The notes under the pieces were generated by a model. The model searched no databases, was not told the origin of the DNA, and saw only the letters and a program-made list of their open reading frames with translations. A DNA stretch of 63,996 bases, filler included, from Folioceros fuciformis (Eukaryota), in assembly GCA_049999805.1 (NCBI GenBank). It is 13 parts of 13 records of this genome, joined end to end, with 100 filler letters (N's around TTAATTAATTAA, not from the genome) between each part and the next. Parts side by side here need not be neighbours in the genome. Positions count along the whole stretch, not along the records: positions 1 to 28,382 come from JBNGIO010007223.1; 12 more parts are not named here. One strand, given 5' to 3'. The position numbers and the translations under genes are program-made. This document shows positions 1-12,898 of this stretch, one piece after another (the first letter of the stretch is position 1; every line of letters starts with the position of its first letter).

Positions 1-210
1 CATATCAACCACACCCTGTACTCTGTGACTGATGGTTTCTTCTAATGTTGATGGCATTGGGGTGTGCTGTAAGGAAAATTCTTCTAATGCCTGTAGCAGC
101 AGATGTAATGACCTGTATATCCGGCAGGTTGAACCTGCTGAGACAAAGGATGTGAATGTGTTCTGCAGGATGGACGATGATGTTAAGTTGATCTTAACCA
201 ATCTATTCAG

Positions 211-1814
211 ATGTTGGGAGTAATACATTTAGTGCCTGTATGTGGGATCCACCTCAACAAGAGTCCCAAGAGACCACAGCCATTACGGATTTATGAACGT
301 GATGTCGGAATAAGTGGAGAAGAACTTGGTGGAACAACGTTCCAACAGTTTACTGCGAAGGCAAGTATGGATTGAGTCTGGTGGTTTGTTGCCTTTGTTT
401 TGTGCCCTGCTCAGAATGTCTGTAGTATGTAGTTTGCAGTCTGAGAAACCATGTTTTATGACAAATAGGGCTCTTCCTCATGTCAAGAAGCCTAGGTACA
501 ACGCTGTCCAGCTCATGGGTATTCAGGAGCATGTAGACTATGCAAGTGCTGGCTATAAGGTACAACCCTGTTGTGCTCTTCATGTGCCTGATGTTTGAAG
601 GTTCGTTGAGATTATTCTGCGCCCATTTAATGTGCAGAATTTGCCAACTGGGCAGGTTACGAATATGTTTGCGGTAAGTAGTCGCTTTGGAACCCCAGAA
701 GATTTCAAACATCTGGTTGACAGTGCCCATGGTTCGTTAGGCATTCCTTGCAAGCCTGCTACTGAAGCCCAGTTTACATCAAGTCAGCGTTTCGTTTCTC
801 ATGTTTTGAGTTCATGATGAAACAGGAATGGGCCTGTTTTCCATCATGGACATAGTCCACTCACTTGCGGCTGCAGACGAGATGGTTTGGCCTTTCTTCA
901 TTCGATGGTGCTAATGAGTGTTACTTCCATGATGGTCAGTGTGCACTGCCTTGCAAGGATTGGTGCAGAATGCTGAGGTTGTTTTTTAGTCCGTTCACCA
1001 TCCCGTTCACTGTAGCAGCTGAGTTCACCCTTGCATTGCAGGACGGCGAGGGCGTCACAAACATACAGGCACCCGCATATTCAACTATGGTGAATACGAA
1101 GTGCTTCCCTACCTCTTATCAAAGTTGAAGTGGTTATTGGATTTAGTCCGCCTCGATGATCTCTAGTGTGACTGATCTTTCTGAATGCTGTGTTTGAATT
1201 TGCTCTCTCAGGCAGTTCGCATCTAGAGCAAGGTAGCTTGGAAGTCACACGTTTCTTTCTCATGGCAGGTGGGTGGAAGAGTGTCAAATAGATGGTTTCC
1301 ACTTCCATTCGCTGCAGTCCATGTTTTACAACCACAATGTATTTGCAGAGTTCACAAATGGCTTGAATGAGTAGGGCTGCTGTCATTCAGGAAATTGCTC
1401 GCAGGAGCTCCATGTTGGTCGAATTACATAGACTGCTTCCTCGCTCTTTCTCACATTTCTCTGGTTGTGCAGCTACTGCAATCAATACGTGGACAGAGAT
1501 GCATTGCTGTATGTGATTCTGGCTAATGAGATGCTGCACAAGCTCAACTCGAACATTGTCACAATTGCAGGGGATGTATGCACAATCCTGCCTCTCTTCT
1601 CTTAATTGACAAATTCTGGATTGCTTGTGTGCACAGCACCAGCACTCTTGACTGAGTCGATTGCTACTTCCCACAGGCCTCACAGTATCCAGGATTGACT
1701 GAACCCATCAGTAAAGGCGGGTTGGGCTTTGACTACTTTGCCAGCGTCTCACCCTCTGAGATGTGGTCGTATCTCATTGAAAATGTTCCAGACAGTGAAT
1801 GGAGTATGAGTCAG
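211..1814 (+). pseudogene. SBE3: Starch/glycogen branching enzyme class 3 (SBE3/BE1-like, GH13), internal multi-exon fragment with frameshifts
   Basis: Exons at about 211-360, 469-559, 656-731, 826-934, 1042-1132, 1269-1370, 1473-1575 and 1677-1814, with GT(GC)-AG borders. They read PQPLRIYERDVGISG / LPHVKKPRYNAVQLMGIQEHVDY / [26 protein letters not shown] / DIVHS..GLSSFDGANECYFH / GTRIFNYG / WVEECQIDGFHFHSL / YCNQYVDRDALLYVILANEML / GGLGFDY..SEMW..EWSMS, as in plant SBE3. Frameshifts near 263, 469 and 888. Confidence 0.9.
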
Positions 1815-1909
1815 GTGAGATTTGAGAGTCCTGTCCTGGATTTCTTCGTGCGTGTGGTTCACGTTTTGTAAACTAACGAACGGCATGTGGTACGGCGACT
1901 TCAGATTTC

Positions 1910-2469
1910 AAGTTGTTCAATTTGGACGGCCCATTCCTGATAGACAGGGATGCATGGGCTGGGACCTTTGAAGATATCTTTCGTAAAACGGCAAGGATCG
2001 ATTGTCCAGGTTTGTGACATGACCTTCATAGTTCATATGGTCTGAACGAAGTTGGCACTCACCTGGCATTTGGTTGTGCCCAGTGGGATGAACGAGGTTC
2101 CTGGTTCTAATCTGGCGTATGGTTGTGCTGTGCAGCTACTCTACCAGGAGCACCTTGGTCACTGAGGGGCATTCACCACCGAATGAGCTTGCCAAACTGA
2201 CAGAGTTCCAAGAAGAGTTGGTGCAGTTAGCTTCACAGTTGAATGGTGATCACTTGTTGAACAGCTATCCCAACATTGGAAAACTCCTGAACGTGGGGCA
2301 AGCGAATGCATACACTCGAGGCCATGGCTAGATTCCTGGAGGAGGGTAGGAGGGCACTCCGGAATGGTGGGAATAGCACGGATATTGTAAGGCTGATGCC
2401 ATCTGCTTTACCAGTAACCCTCAGATATTTGGGTGTACCCCTTACGTCGGTGCTTCATGGTAGGATTTG
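1910..2469 (+). pseudogene. NPC: Non-specific phospholipase C (phosphoesterase family), C-terminal two-exon fragment, frameshifted
   Basis: [33 protein letters not shown] (1910-2009), a GT..AG intron, then KLTEFQEELVQLASQLNGDHLLNSYPNIGK..ARFLEEGRRAL, matching the C-terminus of plant NPC proteins. Two frameshifts in the last exon. Confidence 0.85.
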
Positions 2470-3955
2470 AAGGAACTGACTTGATGCAGTATCCAAACCA
2501 AACCGTGGAGTTGATGAGTTAACTGGTCACATGGAAAAATGGACGGGATGCCTCCAGCCAGGCCAACTGCTAGACATGCGGTCTCCATGCGACAAAACGA
2601 GGGAATCCATCGCTTCAACCCGTTTGTTCACAGGCAAGCGTCCAACGCAAATACAAGGGACCTCCATTGCCGCATCCCCTTCCGCTCCCGCCACAGTGCT
2701 CTTGACTGATTCAAAATTTGCATGAGTGAGATAAACCGCTTCCGGTGTCAGGCCACGTGGGACTTAGCATCTCAGTCACCAGATTCCGGGGCTCTCTCCA
2801 TTGGCTGTGGACCTCCTCGCATGCTTCTTCAGTAACCTGCGCTCCCCCGAGTAGGGTACAATCCGCTGACGCACTCCAAACTGCACACACCGGATATCTC
2901 AGTCAACTCGGACATATACCTACGTGATCTGACAGGCTTGAAACCCGAAAATCTCCAGACGCCGACAGAGGCCTGCAGATTCCTGTCTTCAGAACTCTAA
3001 CACTAGCTAGCTCCTTGGGTCTTGAAACAGCCACAATGGTATCAAACCGAAGGAGAAGGGAAGGAAGGAACTTCACACCGGGAGCGAGAAATAGCCCGGA
3101 AGTGCGCACCAATTCCGGAAAGCGTGACGCAAAATCTTGCCTCTCCGCAGTCCGAGCACACGCCAATGCTCTCCGCAGCAAAATGGAGTGGACGACAATT
3201 CAGGCCGGGTTTGCACTAGCAGAGTGAAGGAAGGCCATCATGGGAGTGTTACGCCCTTACGCATTCGGGATTCAGCATTCAATACAGCAACGAACTCCAG
3301 CGGGTCAGCAGTAACTACCGGACGCGGATTGAGCTACTCCGCGATTGCCCCTGCTGACCTTGTCCCACCAAAGTGATTACGAAGGCTGCGCTTTACTCCC
3401 AAGCCCCAACGACCCGACAGCCGAACAGACCACCCGCTCCCGCGATTTCCGGTTTCTCGCTCTCGGTTCCCAACCCAGTCGAATCAGCTACCGAGAGCCA
3501 TCCACAATGCCAAATCGCTGCGCGGATGTACTTCCTACCCCATCCATCCTCAGGAACGTAAGACACTCCCTCGACAGCGTGGGAGCGTGGGAGCACAGGG
3601 ATCTTGCGGTCCATCTCTGGATATACAGTATGTATAACATTCGCTCGGATCATTGATTGTTGGCGGCGGTAGATGAGGTACTCCGCCTTTTAGGCATTGC
3701 GTACCGTGTGCAACCTCTCCAGTTGCTACAGTTACTAACTAATGCAGCTCTCCTCCCGCGGGATGCTCCGCAGATTCTGAAACATTGCCAGGCAATCGGG
3801 GTAGGGGGGACACACGATACGATAAGAAAATTTGGGTACCTTTGTGGAATGAAAGCCAATGGTTAGGAAAGGCTGAGGGACCACACAACACTCCTATGCA
3901 ATATGGGGTATATGCACAAGAACATGCACACAGTTTACGCCTAGTGACACTTGGG

Positions 3956-4078
3956 CAGGATGACGTTCCCATAAAAATTCAATGCACTTACGCAGGATGA
4001 CGTTCCCATAAACAGTCAATGCACCGGGGCAGGATGACGTTCCCATAAACATTCAAGGATGACGTTCCCATAAAAATT
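3956..4078. repeat. Short tandem repeat, 4 copies of core AGGATGACGTTCCCATAAA
   Basis: Core repeated four times with irregular period (about 24-37 bp). Confidence 0.9.
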
Positions 4079-4679
4079 CGATAAAGAGAGCGTGCAGAAT
4101 ATTCTGCTAGCCTCTCTTCAGCTAGGAGAATTCCAGGGAAGAGTTGATAGACCAGATGTTTTCGGGTATAGAAGGATCGTTGAAAACAGGACTCTTTCAG
4201 GGCTGGCTGCAGCCTGCAGGTGTTGGCTGCCCCTGTTCCATGGAGGGCTATCGTGGCCAGGTACGAGGAGGGCCTAAACTTGTATTCAGAATTTCACGAG
4301 CAGAGGGCCGCAATGCTGGGTATGACCCTTCGCCACAGGACTAATCGTTTCGCAGGCTGTGACCGTTGTGACCAGCAGGGAATTTGTAGGACTACCAAAA
4401 TCACAGGTTCAAGAGTAGGTTGCTGCTTCGAACCCCTCGACTAGTAAGATCTGACTTAACGTTTCGAGAGGATTAACTATTTGTTCTGAGCAGGTGGAGA
4501 TTGATGGCTGCCTGTTGAATCCTTCCTAACTACTGTCTGGTTGCTGGGAAGTCGTACGCTGCATTGGCATCGTCAAGTCACGATGGACCCCTGAGTGGCC
4601 AAAGCATACATCTCCTTCCTCTCTCTTAGGATGTTGGCGTAGTTCCCATTCGTGGATGGAACTATCCCCTTCTCTGCAA

Positions 4680-4965
4680 GCAAGCGCGAGACCACTGACA
4701 CGAAGTCGTTTATTGCAGCCTGATGCCTGCTTTCTGCATCTGCTGTTACAGCTGCGACGCCATCCCTCCTGCGATTTCTAAGCATACCCTCCAGCTACGC
4801 CAGCCCACAACACTGCACCAGGCAGTGTCAAACAATCAAAGACCTGTCTGCATCCTCTGAGCTCCCACACTTTGCATACAGACTACCCAGACGGATACCA
4901 ACAAAGAGACTTTAATGCCCTTACAGGAGCTGCGGCATGCAATACCTTCCCCTAGTGTAGTAGCT
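4680..4965 (-). pseudogene. PLS-class pentatricopeptide repeat (PPR) gene remnant
   Basis: Across frameshifts the minus strand reads GKVLHAA..LFVGIRLGSLYAKCGSSEDA-QVFDCLTLPGAVLWAGVAGGYA*..QL*QQMQKAGIR..FVSV, the typical L-S-P motif succession. Confidence 0.7.
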
Positions 4966-5890
4966 CCACCTTCTGCCCAACTGTGAGATGTCCATCCCCA
5001 GACACTTGCATCTCAAGCTTGAGGAACAAAGGAACACGTTTTGCAGCCGCCTTTGCCCAAGACATGATTTGCAGAGTGCTCTGTGGAAAATGTCTTGCAA
5101 CTTTCAAGAACTTGAGTCTTGCACCTAGCTCTTGAAGGCCCGCTCACTGCTCGAGTCTACCTCAGACTCTTGGCTAAACCTTCAAAGCTCCTTGCCAGCT
5201 GCTCTCCGTTGATGCAGACCTCACACTTCCCAGCACCGGCGGCTGCCATCCTCTGCAATGTCTCCTCATCCTTTTTTTCTGATTTCTGAACGGAAGCGTA
5301 TCGTGTGGAAGACGAGATATTTGTCGCCGTCTTTCATCGTCTTTACCATGGCCACCGGATCCGTCAGACCGCAATGTGCACCGCCGCTCAGGAAGATAAC
5401 AGAAGTATGCTTGCCTAGTGTGGATGCATCCGCAGAAGCTCGCTCTAGAATCCCGTGTACCGAATCCAGACCGCATGAGTAGATAGCGCCTCCACGGATC
5501 TTGGACTATGACGGAAGACCGTTTGGACGGTTCGCACAAATGAGCGCTCTCTCCACGGCGATGAACGCTCGCTGGCGGAAGAGGACAATGGACACGACAT
5601 CGGGCTGACCATCCGCAACCCGAGTCCGGATGAAGCAGGTGTCGGCTTCGCACACGCATCCCAGCCGATTGCTGAGGGAGACTGCTGAATTAGCCAGTCT
5701 TGGCTTCACATCTGTTGAGCCCATGCGGTAGGACCTGTGGATGACAGAATACGAGGTGACAAGGAGCATTTTTCATCGCGTTACAGCCACCGGCATGACC
5801 CTTCTTCGTCCCAGACTCTTTCTTATCTATGGATCCTGTACTCTTTGATAGAACTCTGCCCGTGCTTCTCGGGGTTAGGAATGCAAGGAT

Positions 5891-6123
5891 TAGGCCTTTA
5901 TAGAGAAGTCATACAATGTTCCTACACCTACACAAGGGAACATAAGTGTGCTACAATGTTCCTACGCAATGGAACATAAGTGTGCTACAATGTTCCTACA
6001 CAATGGAACATAAGTGTGCTAGGCACACTTCTACAAGAAAATAACATATAAGTCTGCTAGGCACACTTCTACAAGAAAATGGTACACAAGCCTACACACA
6101 AGTATATACAACTTGGTATGCTA
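5891..6123 (-). mobile_element. LTR segment with internal tandem repeats; probably the distal part of the LTR that continues at 14600-14829
   Basis: About 33-bp repeats (GGAACATAAGTGTGCTACAATGTTCCTAC). The start TAGGCCTTTATAGAGAAGTCATACAATG and TGTGCTAGGCACA resemble the reverse complement of the copia LTR at about 46.53-46.58 kb. Confidence 0.5.
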
Positions 6124-6353
6124 TAAAGCGGAGCAAGATGCTAGATTGAGCTATGATGATTGAAATACTTAAGCGAGAACATTGTACATATAGTGTCCGG
6201 ATGCGGTTGTAACCGCACTACTGTCGAGTGCTAGCGTAACCGGCAGAATTGCTCTTCAGCAACTAAAACATTTATCTACCTATGCACGAAACGTACCCTA
6301 ATAAGTCTTGGTGCTAAAGCCCAATCCGTGGCGCAAGAGTTTCTACTCCAACA
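6124..6353 (-). repeat. 3' LTR of copia A
   Basis: Direct repeat of 14363-14594; about 20 substitutions and 2 indels by manual count. Confidence 0.92.
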
Positions 6354-8069
6354 CTCTCCCTAGTTGCAGATTCCAGCTTGCTGTGATGGCGTCGATCTCC
6401 CACACTTGTCTCAACCTCATCCTCGATCTTCCTGGTGCAGAGGTGGAAGGTCGAAGTAGCAGAAGCAGGATGCTAGTAGTGGTGGAGCAGAGTCGTGCTA
6501 TCGGAATTGAGGAGCTCCCTCTTTGTGTGCACTGGCAATTGCGAAGGGAATGCTCACATAAAATCCTCTGCTCACCAGTCCAATGCCTTCAGTATGCTTG
6601 TCATGAAGTGGCTTGGGTAGGCCCTTTGTCAGCAGATCGGCGGTGTTGCCATTCGTGTTGATGTAACTTAAGGCGACTTGCTCATTGGCCACCACTTGCT
6701 GAATGAAGTGGTGCTGGATCTCCACGTGCTTGGTCCTTGCGTGCAGCACAGGGTTGAGTGTCATAGCTATGGCCGATAGATTGTCGCAAAATAGCTGTGT
6801 GGGCTGATTCTGGTCATCGCCTATGTCGTGTAGGAATTGCCTCACCCACTGAATCTCTTTGGCTGCCAACGTTGTTGCCGTGTACTCCGCTTCCGTTGAT
6901 GAAGTACAGATTGTTTGCATCTTCTTACACGCCCACGACACTGTACAGCCGTTGATGGCTGTGCAATAGGCTGCTGTAGATCTTCTCGCATCTGGATTTG
7001 CCGCCCAATCTGCGTCTGAGAACGAGATTAGAGTGAGCTTGGTAGAGCGGTCACATATGTAGAGGAGTCCAAAGGGCTTGGTCTTCTTTAGGTAGCGAAG
7101 GATGCGCTTGACGTAGGTCTAGTGAGCCTTCCCTAGGTTCGACAGATATCTGGATACCACATTCATAGCTTGTGCAACGTCGGGTCTTGTCTAGATTGAG
7201 AGGTAAAGTAGGCTGCCTATTGCCTCGTTGTATAGGATGGCAGACATCTCCATTGATTCTTCAGGTGTACTGGGTCAATCTGCTGTAGATACCTTCTCTC
7301 CTGATGCCACTAGAGTTGATACTAGCTTCGCGTCCTTCATGTTGAATCTCTCCAGCATTTGATTTACATAATGTTCTTGATGGATGAAGAAAGAGTGGTC
7401 CTCCTTGTTGTGTTCGAACTGTACCCCTAGTGCATACCGTAGGGGTCCCATGTCTACAACGTCATACTCCTTTGACAAGAGGTCTTTTACATACTTGATA
7501 ATCTCGGGACTGTCTCCAAAAGCGAAGTTGTCGTCAACGAACATTGTAGCTATCACGAACTTGTCCTTTGTTCTTAGAATGTAGAAGTTGGTGTCGGAGA
7601 TTGAGGGGAATGAAACCTCACTTCTTCATGTATGTGTCTACAGTTCCGTAGATTGCTTAAGTTCGTAAGTAGACTTGAGGAGTTGGCACACTTTTCTGCT
7701 GTCCTTGATGAAGCCTACTGGTTGAAGCATATACATATCTTCGTGTAGTGTGCCATAAAAGAATGCCGTTTTGAAGCATATAGGTATCTTTGTGTAGTGT
7801 GCCATACAAGAATGCCGTTTTTACATCTACCTACTGGATGTGTAGGTGATGATGGGCTGCAAAGGCTAGCAGGATCCTGATTGAGGTTGCCTTCACCACA
7901 AGGCTGAACAGTCTATTCTCCTCATAATCAAAGCCTAGTACCTGGGTGAAGCCACGAGCTACCAGCCTGGATTTGTATCTCGAAATAGTTCCATCGGGGT
8001 TGAGTTTTCTTTTGAAGGTCCATTTACAAGAGATTGTTTTGCGTCCAGCAGGCATGTCGGTGAGCTTCC

Positions 8070-8360
8070 TGAAGGATCTCTACAGGAGCTACATGGTGAA
8101 GGAGGAGAAGAGGAGACAACGAGGAGAGGAAAAAGAGAGGTCAGACTCTCACAATGAGTCTCGAAAGCAAGGGAGCTCAAGGGGGTATTTATACCCTCTA
8201 GAAGAGCTTCCTAGGAAGCTTCACAAAAAGCGCACAAGAAGTTGCGCAAGAAGCTTCCTACATATTAGCTTAAGGTAATCTAAACTAATGATACTTAACT
8301 AGACATTAATCTTAGTCTAAACACATTAGTCTAATTACATTGGGCCTTAATAACCCTACA
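8070..8360 (-). mobile_element. Solo LTR inserted at the start of the copia A RT
   Basis: TG..CA ends, perfect TSD CTTCC (8065-8069, 8361-8365). Reverse complement of the LTRs at 35955 and 44645. Confidence 0.93.
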
Positions 8361-10330
8361 CTTCCAAGTATTATTGGCTATTAAGGAGCCATATCCGGAC
8401 TGGACAGATGCTTTCCACTTGCATGTACTAAGGGCTTCTTCTATGCTTGCAAATTCATCTTGCATTTCAATTGCTGAAAGAGCTTGATGTAGAGCAAGCT
8501 CGACTGGAGCTTGCTCGGCATTGGCAGGTTGGGCTTGAGCGTGAACTAGTCAGGTGGAACGGCTGCTTGACGAGAGAAAGAATCCCTAGGATTTTTCCAT
8601 AGATGGCTTGGTGGTGTATTACATACGGAACGCCTTAGAGGAGGGGGGTAAGGTTCTAGCACGGGTACCTGGACTACTGGGATGTGGTTCATGTCTAAGT
8701 CTTGGCTATCTATCACATGATGGTGAGGCTGATCTAGAACTGCTGGTGCAGGTAGTTGTGGAGGAGGTAGTACCTTGGGTTGTACTTGAGCAGCAGGAAC
8801 ATGTGGTGGTGCTTGGGCTACTAGAGCAGGGTAAACGAGTTGCTGGTTCTCCTCTTGGACTTGGTCGTCGTCGTAGAGTGTGGCCCCCTCAAGAGCAAGA
8901 GGGGAATCCATGTGGAGGAAACTTGACATGCTAGGAGCAGGGAGGGGAGACGACAAAGAGGCTACGTAGGAGTTGAGTAGCAAGGATTCATGGAAGTGGA
9001 CACTTCTGGAGAGTATTACCTCACAGGTGGAAAGGTCAAAAAGGCGATATGTCTTGGCCTGATCTGAATATCCGACAAAGAGGAGTTTTCTGCCCTTATC
9101 GTCCCATTTGCGTCTGCTAATGTCAGAGATGTGAGCACTGATTCTAACATGGGAGATCCGGGGCTTGTTCCTTGTCCAGCGCTCAAAGGGTGTGATGTTG
9201 GGCAGCTCTTTTGTGGGTAATCTATTCTTCAGATAGTTGGATGTTGCTATGGCCTTAGCCTAGTAGCCTCGAGTGAGCCCAGAAAGCTTGAGTATGGGTC
9301 TGGACATCTCAAGAAGGGAGCGATACAGTCGCTCGGCAAATGGGTTATGGGCTGGTGTGTGAGGTACTGTGAGTTGGCGGAGAATCCCTTTGGATTTGCA
9401 TAAGTCCTGGAAAGCATGACTTGTGTACTCTCCTCTCTTGTCATTGCGGAGTGTGCTGACCTGGAAACCAGTTTGCCTTTCTACTGCTAGGACAAATTCT
9501 TGGAAACATGTGAGTGCTTCGTCCTTCTGCCTAAGGAAAAAGATATGGCAGTACCTGCTCTACTCGTCCAAGAATGTCAAGAAGTAGCTGTGGCCACCGA
9601 AACTGGAGGTGCTCATTGGTCCACAAATATCTGAGTGTACGACCTCAAGGAGACGTTGGGCTCAAGTAGGTGAGGGGTCGTTGAACGGGAGTTGATAGAA
9701 CTTTGAGTACTTGCATATCTCGCAGAAGAAGTCCTTGGGTACCTTAATGCTAACAAGATCCTTATACATGTTCGGGTTGACAAATGTGCTGAGGTACGAG
9801 GCATTGATATGCCCTGCTTGACAATGCTAGAGTCTAGTGATGTCAAGGTTGCCTGATGAGGAGTTGGCCACCGCCAGTGCTGAAGACGACTGAATATTGA
9901 GCAGGTACAGATTGTTGAAGGGAAGTCCATGAATGATAGGTGGAGCAATGGTTGCCTTGGAAGGTAATGATGAGGTTGTGCTCCATTGCTAGCTTGCGGA
10001 CTGATAGTAAATTCTTTGTCATTGCAGGAACGTGAAGGGCACCGTTGATGGTGAGAGTTTCTCCATTAGACAGCCGCAGGTGCACCTCACTAGTGCCTTC
10101 CACTGGTAGGGGACTATCATCTCCGAGGTGGACGTGATGGTCGAAGTTGACCGTATGGTAGAATGTGAACATATCCTTACTGCTGCAGATGTGGGTCGTT
10201 GCACCCGAATCTAAAAACCATCTACAGCTGTCCGTTATGGTCAGTGTCAAGCAAACGGCTAGAATTGAGCTTGCAGGGGGTGACTTGATTGATGTAGTCA
10301 TGTTGGACTCGTTTCTGGGTGAGTCTTGTT

Positions 10331-12898
10331 TTTTTTTTTTGCGAAGAAAATAATTCTGATTATGAGTGGAAGACTCCTCCCACTTACAATACAATGGGAA
10401 CCCCCTGCTAACGAATGTACATATATCGAGCACCAAAAGAGAGGGGGGTGGACTAGCCTTAAGTCCAAAACTCAAGACAAGGCGCACAGAGAGTGCTCCC
10501 CTACACTATGGTACCCGCCACCTGCCTAAAACACTGATACTCACACTTCGAAGTCTCTCAAAGACCCTAAAGACTCACCTTCCCCAGGGGCACGAGTGGT
10601 TCCAACCCGTATCTTTCCCAAGCGAAAGGAAGCTGGCCATCCTCAAGTCTTTCCGCTTAAACTGCTTCCGGCGTGATTGCTCCAAGGCTTCTACTGCAAT
10701 CAATAAATGTTCCCATATGCGCCATAACAGAGCTTTCGCGGATGCCGGCTCCTGTCCTCCATAGACCACCGCGGACCAATTGACCCAGAGATAGAAAAGA
10801 CAAGAGGACCACAGTAAGCCCCACCATTGGGCCTTCAGGAGAGGTTTGCCCAAGGCTGCGTCCAGCCCAAATAAGGCTGACGGACTTGTGATCTTGAGGT
10901 TAGCTCCAGGAAAAATCAATCGAAGCCACCTGCCCACCTCCCCCCAGATCTCTTGGGCAAAGCAACAGTGAAAGAACATGTGTTGACTCTTGTTTGGGGC
11001 ACCAGCGGTGCACAATCGACACACATCCTCCCCCATTGCAACTAGAAGCCCATCCCAACGATCTGCATTAGGCAAACATGCTTGAAAGAAACACCAAACC
11101 ATAGACCTGACCTTGGGAGGGACTCCTGCAGAGTTCCATAGGAGCTTGATGGCTTCCTTTTGGCGCCATCTAGCTAACTGTAGTCGGGGAGCCATTGGTT
11201 GTCTTTGCTTGATTTTCTATGCTCGCACCAACCAAAGGAAAGGGTCCGCCGTTGGGAAGTTGAAAAACGATCGAGAAGTAGCCTTCTTGCACCCTGGATG
11301 CTTGGGCCACCTATAGAGATCTGGTCTGAAGGTTAGAGCCCAGTTTTCACCCAATCGGAACTAGCACAGAACCTTTGCTTTATTAGAGGTTTGTGGCCCA
11401 ATTGGGCGTTCGCCAGACGTGCACCACCGCCCTGCCCGAATGGACCTACGGATTACAGTTCTAGCCCGCAGTTCCCCCCCTTGGCCTTCACCGTCGTCCC
11501 TACCTTGCACTTCCAGAGAGCCGTCAGGCGACAAGACCTTGAACGACTTCAACATTTCTTTGCCGTCAGCTCTCGCAAGCCAAATCGCCTTATCTAGCTC
11601 TAATGCTTCGTCGTGTTTATCCTCCTCCTCTGAGTCGACTCCCCTACTACTATCCATGGAGTAAGCAAACCACCCTTCCTCGCCTATGGTAGGTTGTTGC
11701 CTTAGGATCTGATGCACCTTTTCCTCTAGCCCCTCGTGCAGCCACGAGAATATGAGTCTGACGTGCTGGGCCCCTACACCAAACTCCCTTCTGACCTCTT
11801 CCACCTCCTTCCAACGGGACTCTGATCAATTCCATAAATGCCCAAGCTGGATAACGCCTTTGCGACAAGCCAGCCCAAAAATTTGTGATCAATATACCCT
11901 TGACCTGAACTCCCGTACCCATAACCTCGAGAAGCCTTACAGAGGAATGCCCAGAACATCATTCAAATGAGAGGAGGTGCCCGGGATAAGATAATGTTTG
12001 ACCTCCAAGTAACTGTTCCAGATGGACTTAAAGAGCGAGGAGCATCCTGCAGTATCAAGTAGCGGTTTGTTAGCCAGAATGTTGTGAATAGACCTCCTAC
12101 CCCTGGGGACAGCTTGGGTGCCATCCAAGTGCTGTGTTAGCAGACTCTTCCAAGGGTAGTATGCCGGATCCGCTGCCCTAACAACCCATTGAACATGCAA
12201 AACTTTCATCTTGGCAACTGGGTCCACCACCCCTAGGCCCCCCATTCCACACGCTTGAATAATATGTTGCCAAGCCACTTTAGAACACCCAGCCATACCA
12301 TCCCCCAAACGCTTCCATAGGAAAGAGGTCAGCACCTGTTGTAAGCGCTTCACCTCTATTTTAGAAGGCGCCCACAAAAAACAGAAAGTACTATAAAGAG
12401 GCAATAAGGATATGGTTGATCACCACTAGCCTACCTGCCAAGTTGAGCTCCAGCAATTGTAAACTAGCCGCTTTGTGAATGAACCTGAGGCAGACATACT
12501 TCCCAATCTTCCCATTCTCCTCACCCTCTTGAAAGGGAAGTTCCAAATACTTGTGGGTAGAGCCCAAGGTCACTCGCTTGATGTGGTTAATACACTGAGG
12601 GGGTTCCCCCTCCATGTGAAGACACATCATGTGTGTCTTGTTCCAATTCACCTTGCAGCCCGAAAGTTCACCAAAAACCTTGACCTATTGGAGCAACGCT
12701 TTCAATGGAGCCTCCTCCATCAAGGAAAAGAGGAGCGTATCATCTGCAAATGCAGGGACCCTTAGTTGTGTTCCATCTGGGTTCCGAATACCCGCCACTG
12801 CCGGGTCCTACTTGACTACTCTGAGGAAGAAGTCAGTAACAATAATAAATAAGAATGGAGCAAGGGGGCAACCCTGACGTACCGACCAAGAGATGCCA
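10331..12898 (-). mobile_element. 5'-truncated non-LTR retrotransposon (L1 clade LINE) nested in copia A
   Basis: Poly(A) tail (T-run at about 10329-10340) and 15-bp TSD TGGGTGAGTCTTGTT (10316-10330, 12899-12913). RT motifs RQGCPLAPFLF and FADD, KVAW..GGLGV, and a C-terminal zinc finger (VPPKVRSMVW..CRLC..HMFFHC..W). Confidence 0.95.

Noticed and set aside
3956-4078. CRISPR-like repeat with spacers
   Set aside because: The spacers are very short, similar to each other and irregular; the context is eukaryotic with no cas genes.
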